Shown here one piece after another: positions 45,009 through 56,453 of a stretch of DNA of 64,000 nt. The DNA comes from Diplonema japonicum. Lineage: Eukaryota > Protista > Euglenozoa: Diplonemea. The stretch is from NCBI GenBank assembly GCA_964019335.1, contig OZ025670.1:620001-684000 (forward strand), read 5' to 3'. Under the pieces are notes generated by a model that ran no database searches, was not told the DNA's origin, and was given only the letters and a program-made list of their open reading frames with translations. The translations under genes were made by a program, and so were the position numbers. Position 1 is the first letter of the stretch. Every line of letters begins with the position of its first letter.

Positions 45009-47963
45009 ATGACATGCTCCCTGCCCTATTCCTGTATACCAGGCCCTCCTAACTGGTTCCAGGGCAGCATAATTGATGTTAATAGTGAAGCAGTGGCTTA
45101 CGGTTGTCAGGGAAGGGTGTACATCCTTAGCTTGAAGACGGGTACATTAGTAGGCAGGGTGGTTAAGTGCCATGATAAGCAAGGCGTGTCGTGTGTCAAG
45201 TGGGTGGGAAAGGGAAGCAGGTTGTTAACCGGCGGTACAGACGGTGCTTTGCGTTTGTGGCAAGCGGACCTCGAAACACGGGTAGTTTCATCTGTGGCAA
45301 CTACGCGCCTGGGGACATCATTAACAACTGTTTGTGTGACGAATTCGCAAGTTGCGGCAGCAGGCACAGTAGCAGGAACAGTTTTGTTCTACCAGCTCAC
45401 AAAAGGAGGCTTTGAGCCTCGTGGAGACTGCAACCTTGGTTCGCCTGTCACTAGCTCTGCTTCTTTACCAGATAGCTCACAAGGAGGTTTCATAAGCTTC
45501 GGTTGCAAAGATGGCAGTATTCATATATTCAATAACCTACGTAAGATCTTCTCGTGGAGAGGCCCTCATGCCAGTGACGTGCAGTCGCTCAGTTGGAGAG
45601 TGACAAGTAAACAAGGCCTCTACTTGGCTTCGGGTAGTAAGGACAAAAAGGTTGCGGTGTGGAGATTGTATCAGAAGGAGGACGAGCTAGCCTACCAGTC
45701 GCAGCTCCTTGCGCTACCTCAGAATTTGAGCGACAGCACAGGCGCGCAGAGTGGCAATAACAGGGTGTGGAATGCAGTGGCATGGTGTTCGCTTCCTGGG
45801 ATGGAGAACATGTTGTACACGACAGCCAACGCAGCGCCAATAGTCTTAGCTTGGCAACTTTCCAACACTGTCACGCGTTGGCATGACACGAACTCACCAC
45901 CTGGACAGCCGTCGCAGCCAACGCGACTGAAGCACCACTCTAGATTGATCTTCAACCTTTTGTTCGTCAATGGGCCCACGCCCTACCTCGTCAGCACTTC
46001 CATGGAGCGAAGATTGATGTTTTGGGCACTTAAAAAGAACAGAGTGGAGTGGACTATTCCGTTGCTTGCTTCGACACCTGCATCTATGGCCATGGGCAGC
46101 GATGGTACGCTGGCTGTAGGGGAAAAGGATATCTTGCTGTGGAAACTGCCAACGGAGCACACTACCGGCGTAGCAAGCACTGGCAATCCTTATGTTCACA
46201 GGCAGCACTGGAACAAGGTGACCTCTGCAGTGGTAACTATGGTGTACCACGGGGAGCAGCTTTGCTTTGGGACAGCAGATGGCGATGTTGGTATCATTAA
46301 AAAGGCGGGTGAAGGGAAGAAAGGAAAAGTGCTCTGCAACGTCGTCGTATCCCTCAACAGCAGAGCGAAGGCTGTACACTGGGTCGATAGTGAGACAGTT
46401 CTCTGCGTCGGTGCAAACTATGCGTGCCGTTTGTGCACGTGGCAAGGACCCACCGCTGTGCTTGATGATAGCATAAAGGGGCCACGCCCACTGGAATGCG
46501 CTGTGTATTGCAATGGGTACTTGTGTGTGGCCTCTGCTTCATTAATTAGCTGCTACGAGCTCAAAGACGCTACTCTCACACTCGTATCAAAACGAGAAGT
46601 GGACACTTACCCTATGAGTCTTGCTGCGAATATAGTGGGCACCAGGACGCTGCTAGCATGGGGTAGCACTGACGGTACTATCAGCATCATGGAAATCGGT
46701 GTGTTTGAGATAACATCTGCACGAGGACACACTAAAAGAGCAACGTCGATCTGCTGGCGGGAAGGTGAGCTGCAGCTGTGCAGCTGTGGGGGTGATGGGT
46801 CCATTGCTGTATGGCAGGCGGATGACGGTTTATCAAGAACACATGTCATCGAAGACAGAGGCATCTTCAGCGCAGTGCTGTGGTCAAACTTGAATCCCGA
46901 GGTTATCTACGCACTCGACGAGCGCTGTGTACTCGCGTTCCATTTCTCCGAGGCCGTTGCCCCTACCTCGGAAGTGGGGAAGCGAAGCCCGAGGAAGCAA
47001 CCTTCTAATGTTAAAAGGCCGAAGCTTCAAGAACCTCTTGTCAGTCCCGCTGAATGGCTAGCTGGCAGCGATGGTGAAAATAGACCTCTTTTTACTCCCA
47101 GCGCTTTAGAGGTGGAAGACATGTTCGCAGTTGCTCAGGGTCTGCTGTTGGGTGAAAGCGTCCCGCCCACTCTTCCAAATGCGTTGTACACTGGACAACA
47201 CTTGCAGTGCGTAGTTGATTCTCTGATAAAGGAGCACCCCACGTGTGCACCTGTCTTACAGGCGCTAACAGGCAGACACACAGCCATAGATGGAAGGGAC
47301 CAGGCCTTTTGGACCGCACTTGCAACACATCTGGATTTTCCCGCGTGGCAAGAGAAAGTCAAGTATTTAATTGAGTCCTGCAACGAGCAGCAGCGAGGCG
47401 TGCTGAGCCTGATGGTAGGGGACATACCAAAGGCTGTGCAGCACCTGAACGCCTGCAGTGATTATAAGAGCATCCATGAAGTGCTAGCGAGATGGCCTTG
47501 CCCTGAGAGCGTGGTGACAGGTATCCTGAACAATGCGCTCCAAGAGGACATCCCAAGTGAGATACGTACAGGGCTCTTCCTGTCACTTGGAAGGGAAGAT
47601 GATGCGTGGCAGGTAATGGCTGCGAGCAACAAGGTTGATGACTTAAAGCTTGCCTATTCCCTGAGGGCAACGGAAGACGTGGCTGACCGGTACGCAGTGC
47701 GATGGCTGCTTGGGGAAGATCCTGATGCCGCGTGCCCACCTAATGGCAAGGGCGGTGTGCACTGTGCTTTCTATGCACGTTTGTCGCTCGTTATGGATGA
47801 CTCTGCGTTCAGGACTGAAGTATCTGATCCGGTGGTTGTGGCAACAGATCTGCGTGCATGGTTGGAACGCGTCAAGGAGGTCGCCCCCAGAAGGGCAGTC
47901 AATGTTGCTGAGGCATGTGCTTCTTTGCTACTTGGCGAAGACAATCAAGACGTAGAACAGTAA
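45009..47963 (+). CDS. GEMIN5: Gemin5-like double WD40 propeller protein
   Basis: N-terminal P.PPNWF, H...VQSLSW, YLASGSKDK, HSRLIFNL, STSMERR...W, W.KV.S.V..+.YH...L.FGT.DG.VG in the same order as in Gemin5; helical C-terminus. Confidence 0.75.
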   Translation: MTCSLPYSCIPGPPNWFQGSIIDVNSEAVAYGCQGRVYILSLKTGTLVGRVVKCHDKQGVSCVKWVGKGSRLLTGGTDGALRLWQADLETRVVSSVATTRLGTSLTTVCVTNSQVAAAGTVAGTVLFYQLTKGGFEPRGDCNLGSPVTSSASLPDSSQGGFISFGCKDGSIHIFNNLRKIFSWRGPHASDVQSLSWRVTSKQGLYLASGSKDKKVAVWRLYQKEDELAYQSQLLALPQNLSDSTGAQSGNNRVWNAVAWCSLPGMENMLYTTANAAPIVLAWQLSNTVTRWHDTNSPPGQPSQPTRLKHHSRLIFNLLFVNGPTPYLVSTSMERRLMFWALKKNRVEWTIPLLASTPASMAMGSDGTLAVGEKDILLWKLPTEHTTGVASTGNPYVHRQHWNKVTSAVVTMVYHGEQLCFGTADGDVGIIKKAGEGKKGKVLCNVVVSLNSRAKAVHWVDSETVLCVGANYACRLCTWQGPTAVLDDSIKGPRPLECAVYCNGYLCVASASLISCYELKDATLTLVSKREVDTYPMSLAANIVGTRTLLAWGSTDGTISIMEIGVFEITSARGHTKRATSICWREGELQLCSCGGDGSIAVWQADDGLSRTHVIEDRGIFSAVLWSNLNPEVIYALDERCVLAFHFSEAVAPTSEVGKRSPRKQPSNVKRPKLQEPLVSPAEWLAGSDGENRPLFTPSALEVEDMFAVAQGLLLGESVPPTLPNALYTGQHLQCVVDSLIKEHPTCAPVLQALTGRHTAIDGRDQAFWTALATHLDFPAWQEKVKYLIESCNEQQRGVLSLMVGDIPKAVQHLNACSDYKSIHEVLARWPCPESVVTGILNNALQEDIPSEIRTGLFLSLGREDDAWQVMAASNKVDDLKLAYSLRATEDVADRYAVRWLLGEDPDAACPPNGKGGVHCAFYARLSLVMDDSAFRTEVSDPVVVATDLRAWLERVKEVAPRRAVNVAEACASLLLGEDNQDVEQ

Positions 47964-48017
47964 CACTATTGCACCGCACTGCTTATTCGTACATTTATCC
48001 ATACAGGTATAAAATGA

Positions 48018-48540
48018 ATGACGGAAGTATGCACAGAAGTAGTGCGTGATGCCTTGGATTCCATTAGCACGTGTAGTGCTGATGATAGTCAGTACCCTCT
48101 GGAACTAGCAAGCTGTGAATGCCTCGACGGTTTTATAAAAGCTACAACAGGCTGCAGCAACGATACGCTGCTGGGAGCTAATGTGAGGGAAGCACTTCGG
48201 TTCAAGGGGGACAGGTGCCCCGGTCACGAGTCTGAAAAATGGTGGGTGGCGTTGATAATACTGTGCATCATGCAGTTTGGGATAATTTGTTATCTTGGGT
48301 ATCTCGTTTGGCAGAAAACAAAGTATGCCGCATAACACTCAGCTACGACAAATCACAGGCCGAGAGCTCAATTCGCAACAGAGGGTTACGAAGTGGTGCG
48401 CTTAGACTCGCTGTGCACGTCGCACGCTTGTATAGATGCTGACGCCAACAACTATTGCAGAACTTGTGGAAAGAATAGATTTTCTGAAGCGAATAAAAGG
48501 GAAACTGCGCAAGAGGAGCCTCTTCTTCCTCAGTTGCTAA
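48018..48540 (+). CDS. Small single-pass membrane protein with Cys-rich ends
   Basis: TM helix; intron 48323-48358 removes the apparent stop and adds a CRTC-containing tail. Confidence 0.55.
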
Positions 48541-48604
48541 ACATTGTTTAGTTTGTATCAATTGGTATCATATCAGTAATTGACCACAGTTCCTCAGATA
48601 CAAA

Positions 48605-49677
48605 ATGTCACGCATGGGGCTGCTTGAAGCTTTGAAGGAGAAGCAAGAAGACACTCTTGTGCAGCTTTTTGAAGAAAAGGGCGTCACAGACGAAGATATC
48701 GCCCAGTCGCGCAGAAGGGTTGAGCTGATGATGAGGCTCAACTTGAGCTACAAGCAAAGGGCAGCCATCATGGAATACCTCGCAGATAAGGTGCCAGCCG
48801 TTAACGAGTGGGGCTACGCTTCATATGAAGCACGTGAAAGACGAAGACTTGCTGTTGAGTACAGAGAGCTTGCGCAGCTCGAGATGGTATGCAGCTCAAG
48901 GTATAACTGACTCAACACAGATGCCGGAGGAGGAGGCTCTGGAGTACAAGCGAAGCAACTTTTACAGGAGGTACCACACGTCTGGACAAATCACAAAGTG
49001 GAGTGACTATGTTGAGCCGATTGTCGAGAACAGGCACACACTCGAGGTCCGTGACAGATGGGGCGATTCGACCCTTCTACGATTCACTGACGCCGATTTG
49101 GAAAAAAAGTTTTCTGCAGTACCTGAGCTGAATGGCAAGGTCAGCCTGTGGAGGGGTAACATCTGCGAACTGGAATTCGACGCTGTCGTCAACGCGGCCA
49201 ACTCCTCGCTGAGGGGCGGGGGCGGCATCGACGGAGCCATCCACGACCAGGCAGGTATGTGTTCAACACAGTATTATGCCCACAGGTGCTCTGCTTGACG
49301 ATGAATGCATAGCCCATGGAGGGTGTCCTACCGGAGAGACGAGAGTCACGAAGGGGTATAAAATGCCCGCAAAATACATCTTACACACTGTGGGCCCTAC
49401 ACAAGAAGACCCAGACTTGCTCAAGAGCTGCTACGTAACCGTCTTGGAAGAGGTCAAAGCAAAGCAGTTGCGCACTGTTGCATTCTGCTGTGTTTCTGCT
49501 GGAATCTTCGGTTTCCCTCTTATCCACTCTTGCCACATTGCCCTGAGGACTATCAGAGAATGGTTGGAGAAGGATGATAATGCCTCTGCGGTTGACAACT
49601 TCTGTTTCTGTGTTTTTTTACCTCATGAGCTTGCCGTGTATGAAAGGCTGCTTCCTGTCTACTTCCCGAGATCTTAA
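48605..49677 (+). CDS. MacroD-type macrodomain protein (ADP-ribosylhydrolase / O-acetyl-ADP-ribose deacetylase)
   Basis: [42 protein letters not shown]; introns 48887-48920, 49255-49285. Confidence 0.92.
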
Positions 49678-49946
49678 GTTCAAATAACGTAACCTGGTCA
49701 CTGCCACACGCGAGCGGCTTCTCTCATTATCGGCACAGCCTGTCGGTGTCGGGTCGTTGGTGCAGTGCATTACTACACTGGGCTGGCGAAGATCTTGAGT
49801 GCTTATTAAACTTTTTAGAGGGGCCTTGTCTGACGGGTTCCCTTTGATGTCTTACCTATCCTTTTGTTCTCTGGGTGCCAGGGCTGGGTTTCTTCTTGCC
49901 TTTATTTTTCGACAGCAGGCACAAAGTACTATTATCCGCAGAGCAG

Positions 49947-51232
49947 ATGAATCATTGCTTGCGAAGCCAAGCGAGAAGGCTTTCATGCACGACATCGTTG
50001 TTGAAGTTTGGCAGGTCGCGCGACCCGACAACATTGCCTGCGTACAAAAGAAGAGCTGTTGATGTCGTGAAGAGCCATTTGATGGTGCCTGCCCCGAAGT
50101 ATCAGGTAATGGAGATGGAACCGGAAGACCGTATTGACTGGCATGAGGTGCCAAACACCCACATTGGTACACCTGTGATTGACATGGTGCGGGACATCAC
50201 GGATTATCCTGCAAACGTGCTGGGCCCGTTGTTTAAGCAGAAGGCTCTTGTCCTTCAGAGCAGACACGGCAGGTCATACAACCTCACCGTCGGCTACCGC
50301 TTGAAGGAGGGGGACCTTCTTGGTATTCCAAAGGTGTTGCCCGAATTCCTCTACAAACGACTTGAAGGAGAGACCAGACCTGTGAGGAAGCTCTCTTTGG
50401 CAGAAGTAAAGCTTGTACGGTCTTGGGAGCTGTTCAGGACTGACGAGGTCATTGTCCTCAACAAGCCACCCGGAGTGGCATGCGATCGTATGTTTTCTAC
50501 TAACGTCACTCAACACAGCGGCGAGAGGCAGCGGGCTCACACTGCACGATATGTTGCCGGGGCTTATGTATGACTACAACGAGCCGCCAAAGATGTGCAG
50601 CAAGCTTGAGAAGGAAGCAAGTGGGTGTATTGTGTTGAGCAGAAATCATGAAGGGTTCAAGCTGTTGAGGGATAAGCTGCGGTTAAAGCGCGCACCGACA
50701 TTCTGCTTCTGGGCAGCTGTGACGAGAAAGCCTAAGACAGAGAGCGGCAGGATTGAGATGAACCTTGATGTCGAGAAGAAGGCGTCTGGGGACAGGGTGA
50801 TCATCCGTATGCAAGAAACGGGAACGTCAATGAAGTCGAAGCTGGAATACAGCGTGGTGTCCGACAGCAGCATGGGCCCCGCATGGGTGTCATATTACCC
50901 TTTGACAGAGCGGAGGAATGACCTGCGTATTGCGTCGGCAATGATCATGAAGGCGCCCATTTTGGGGGACTTGAAGTATGCCTTATGACCTCCTCACTTG
51001 TTACAGGTACGGTGGTGACGCTGCTGTGCCACAAAATCAGCTTGCGCGTTTGATTGGAAAAAGGACGAACGACCTGGACCTGCACCTCCACTGCCACCAG
51101 GTGTCACTGCCGTACGAAGACATCCGCGGCAGACGACGTATTGTATCAGCTCCCCTCCCTCCTCACATGAAGTCTTTGTGGGACTTCATGCACTGGAACA
51201 CAAAACACCAGGACCCTTACCTGGCATGGTAG
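49947..51232 (+). CDS. RluA-family pseudouridine synthase homolog, probably mitochondrial and lacking the catalytic Asp
   Basis: VLNKPPG, SKLEKEASG (for HRLDxxTSG), PILGDLKYG, LHLH, APLPPHM; introns 50488-50518, 50976-51006. Confidence 0.85.
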
Positions 51233-51299
51233 AATTTCACGTGTACTTTTAATTTAAGTAGCGGTTTTAATCACGCAGGTGGATGACGTAGCTGGGATC

Positions 51300-52675
51300 A
51301 TGTCGCACAGAAGCGTCCCTGTCAAAGATGCTTTAAAGGCCGTGCAATTGAGAAGGGATTACAAGAAGCTGAAGGTCATCACACACCACCGCAGCAGATT
51401 GCTGTGGACTAGCGAGCTAATCGAAGAGATCAGGGCAGGGCAGTACGGTTCGCATGTGTACACAGCTAGCTTGCAGCTGCTAAGATCTTTCCCCGAGCCT
51501 AAAGCGACTATGGAGATAATACATGATATGCAGCAAAAAGGCATACGCCCCGAACGGGCAGCACTTTCTACCGCACTGAATGCAATGTCGGTGCGGCGCT
51601 TACACCCCAAAGACTTTGAAATCATCTGGTCATGGATGGTAAGGGCCGGGGTGAAGCCTATCCTTGATCACTATCTAGCGTATGCAAGGTTGTTGCTTAA
51701 GATGGGAGACTACAGCAAGACGTTGCATATGTTCGAACACTTGCAGAAGCCACGGTCTTGGTATGCTACTATGATACGGGGATGCCCAAGTGTGTCTCAG
51801 TCCGTAGAGCTTTTCCTTGAGTACGAGCGGATAGGGGTACTCCAGCACGCTCACTTCCATGCACTGCTGAAGCCCAAGACACGAGAAACGCAATCGGCAG
51901 TGTGGAACGGCGACTGCGGGTTCAATGATGAACGATGCAAAGCAAGAAACGTAGCTACACGCGAGCACGTGGTGTGGGTGCTGGAGAAGATGCACGAGCA
52001 TGGCTTTGTTCCGAACAGCCTCACAATGTCTTGTGTAGTGGCATGCTACAAGGAGAGCAGAGACTACAAGGCACTGCGTGAGACATTGGAAGTATTTGGG
52101 AAAGTAGGTTGTATCATGTCAGTAGTGCACTACACAGTGATCATCAGGGCGTTGGCTATGGTTACACAGCACCGCAGTGACGAGGCTTCTGTGCTGGGAA
52201 GGGTGTGGTACCAACAGGCTTCAAACGAGGGCCATGCTAATGACAATTTGCTTTGTGCTGCAATACTCCAATTATATGCGAATGGTGGAGATGTACAAGC
52301 GGTAAACGAAAAGTTGAAACAGGTATCTAAAAGAAAGAAAGAAAGAAAGAAAATAATGCTGACTCACCACAGCTCAAGCAAAGCGTTATCGCAACCCACG
52401 TGCTAGGCGAGTATTTGGGCAAGGCAAAAGCTGCAAAGACAACTCGAACAAACAAATACCTTGATGTTGATGTGTCTGACTATCCGCCCGCCGTCGTGTG
52501 CTACCCTGAGTGGGTAGACGAGACTCTTGTGAAGAAGGAAGGTTTGCATGTAGAAGGTCCCAGTGACTCTTATGAGCTGGATCACAAGAACCACGTGAAT
52601 ACCAACGATGGGGAGTATCTTAACGATTTCTGCGACGTGGCTACTGCTGTAGCACATGCACGGAGATACGTTTAG
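51300..52675 (+). CDS. Pentatricopeptide-repeat-like protein
   Basis: ~35-aa repeats (MQQKGIRPE, MVRAGVKP, MHEHGFVPN, VHYTVIIRAL); intron 52323-52372. Confidence 0.8.
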
Positions 52676-52727
52676 TTTTTAGAGTATTTTTAGACATTTG
52701 TCGTGTTCGCATCCAATCAGGGGGGCA

Positions 52728-54195
52728 ATGTTGTCCGGTTTAAGCATCCATGTCGCGCTCAAGGCGAGCACAAAGGAGCATAAAACTACATCGAAGCTTG
52801 TTGAGGATAACGGCGGACAGGTATCGGCTACAATTACTCCTTAGTGCAAACATTAGGTTACTGAGCTTTTGGAAGCTGACGTGGCAATAGCCAAGAAGGG
52901 AAGTGCCATGATAAAAACCATTGACGAAGCTGAAGTTCCTTGTGTGAATTCCACATGGTAGGTAGTAAGCTATGACATGACACGACATGACTCACAGGTT
53001 ACGAAAGACAATTAGCCAAGGACAGCCACTTCCGTACGACAGCTACCTCTTGGGAAATGAAGGCAATGGTATGTGCCCAGCGTTTCTTTACCCTCGCAGA
53101 ACCGGCACGGAGCTCCAAGCGCTCCCGAGAGGAGACAGAAGAATCGCCTGTTATGAAAGCGAAAAGGACGCCCCCCAAGAAAGTAAAGAAAAAGCGACTG
53201 AACGTTGCCATATCTACTGGTTTAGATGACTCAGCACTTCTCCCAATCATCAGACTGCTGGGTGGCACTGTTAGCGACGCGAAGAGTGCGCTTACTGAGC
53301 ATGTACCGTTGGCTGCTTTGATATCAGACGAGGACAGCATGACCGGCGAAGCGGCCCTTGCGGTCATCTGTGGCCAGAATGTCGTGTCCACCGAGTGGGT
53401 ATTCGCTAGTTTGGAAGCTAGCGAGTGGCTTGACGTGGAGCCTTATTTGATATTCCGCAGCGGCATGGATAGGGCCAAGACTGAGGAGCTGCCATTCAGG
53501 AAGATGAGTATCCTCCTCAGGGGCCGTGTAGAGCACCCGATTGGGGAGCTGTGCACCAAGCTCATCATCACACGCGGTGGTGGTAAGATCGCTGACTCAA
53601 TCGAAAAAGCCGATATCGTAGTTGACTTTGCCGGCCGTGGCAAAAGGCCCCACGCGCCTGTTATGGTCCAACCAAGTTGGTTGTTCCGCTCAGCGGAGGG
53701 CTACGAGCTGCTCCCCATTGATGTATGCATGATTTTTCAACCTATCCATTACAGGACTATAAAATTGCCACAAATGGGGAAGGCCCCAATAAAGTGCCAG
53801 ACCCAGTGAACAACGACAAGGCGGCACAAGCAAAGGAAAAGAAGCAGAAGGACAAAGAACAGAAAGAGAAAGAGAAAGCAATGAAGGAAGAGGAGAAGAA
53901 AGAAAAAGAAGAAAGGAAGAAAATGGAAAGGGAGAAGGAGAAACAGAAGAAGGAGGAGCAAAAGCGAAAGAAAGAAGAGGAGAAGGAGGAGGAAAGGAAA
54001 AAGAAAGAAGCAAAGAAAGCAGAGGTGGAGAAGAGTAAGAAAGAAGAAAAAAGAATCGAGGAAGAGCAGGAAAAAGAAGAGAAGAACAACGAAGAAGCTG
54101 TCGCGACTGAAGATGAGGTTCCGGAGTCGAGTGAAGCCTGTGCCTCGTCAGTTTCAGAAGACATGCTGATTGACGACTCTGATATTATAGTTTAG
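52728..54195 (+). CDS. Triple-BRCT protein (N-terminal BRCT + tandem BRCT pair) with Lys/Glu-rich tail
   Basis: Introns 52821-52856, 52958-52997, 53069-53099, 53723-53754 give an ORF with VEDNGG..VNSTWLR, LLGG..VVSTEWV, RGGG..VQPSWL BRCT signatures. Confidence 0.75.
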
Positions 54196-54294
54196 AGCCA
54201 GTCTGTGTTTTTAACACCAACGCAAGGGCCCTAGCTCTTCCTCCACTTTTCTTCGGTGTATTTCTGTGACAGGCTTCATTACCTCCAGGAACAG

Positions 54295-55193
<899 letters not shown>

Positions 55194-55268
55194 ATTATTG
55201 ATATATTAGACTCTGATTTTAGAACTACAAGGCATTCATCTTTTACAAGTCATTCTTGCAGTCCCCAG

Positions 55269-56453
55269 ATGGCACTGTTCAAGAACCAAGTAGTTCTCCC
55301 GAATTGCGGCGATGTGCGACAAATGACTGGGGATCCGAACGGCTTGTTTCTATTATTATCACGTGACGAGGGTAGCGAGGTGGTACCACTGCGCAAGGGA
55401 GCAAAGAGCTTGAATCTATCGCGTGATGCACAAGTGGTCCCCCTCCTCGACCCGTCCACGTCGATAGTGTTGGACCTTGTCCATGAAGACGGGAAGTACG
55501 CGCCATATGCCTACAATCTGGAGAGTAACAATGCTTGGTCTGACATTCCCGTTACCATCAGCCCTTTCGTGTCGGCTTCATTGGCAGTTGACACGACAGG
55601 TTCGCAAGCGACCCTAGTGTCCCAGAAGGAAGATGCTGTTCCTGCCTTCTACACATCCTTCAACCTCATAGCCGTCCTTGTTGATGGATACGTCACTGTG
55701 TTTGATGTCCATGTTGCCGACGAGGTTAAGATTTCCCTCAAATGGCACACGGTAACACAAATATCTCGGAGTGCCTCCGAGCTTTCGGCAGTCCTGACGC
55801 AGCGGTACTTCATAGTAGGTGTTGGTAACGAGGTAAAGATGTGTTTCTCAGGATCAGAGGATCCCTCAACGGCTGTTGTGAAGTCGCATCAGTTCGAAGC
55901 TTCTGAGGTTGTGAAGGAAGTGGTTGTGTTGTCTAACAACAAGGTTTTGGTACTGGTGGCTTCCGGGTTGTACATATTCAGCCTGGCCATGCCCTTCAAA
56001 GCGACTCCTTCTGTGATGCAAGTACTGCTCAGCACGCGTGCTCATGTTGAACATATAGCAGCTTTCCCAACCTTCTTGGACCCTTTCGTAGCTTCTTCTG
56101 ACTGTCTAACATGCTTGGCTTGTAGCGATGGGGTATGCCAGGTTTACACCATGACATAACAACAGAGTATCTTCCTTTGTCCTGCCAGAGAACTTACGGA
56201 GCTTGCTGGAAAACAGAATAGATCTAAAACAGAGTGCAACACAACGCGAAAAGGTTATTCTAAAGGCACTTTAATAGAGGATCATGTGATGTGTATCGGT
56301 GCCGAGTGCACGAAGGTCTGCATGGTGCCACCGCACTATGTTTTTGTGTGTTGTGGATCGCCTAGTGACTCGAAGGTCATAATGTTTACTTTGCAGTTAC
56401 CGTATTCAGCGCTTGCACTTCACAATGAGCAACACTATCACAGAATAGAATGA
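55269..56453 (+). CDS. Hypothetical beta-propeller-like protein
   Basis: Beta-strand-rich; intron 56133-56165 removes the stop and yields ACSDGSIFLC plus ~95 more open codons to TGA 56451-56453. Confidence 0.55.

Noticed and set aside
53690-54164. Hydrophobic minus-strand 'membrane protein' ORFs
   Set aside because: Antisense of the Lys/Glu-rich tail of the BRCT protein.
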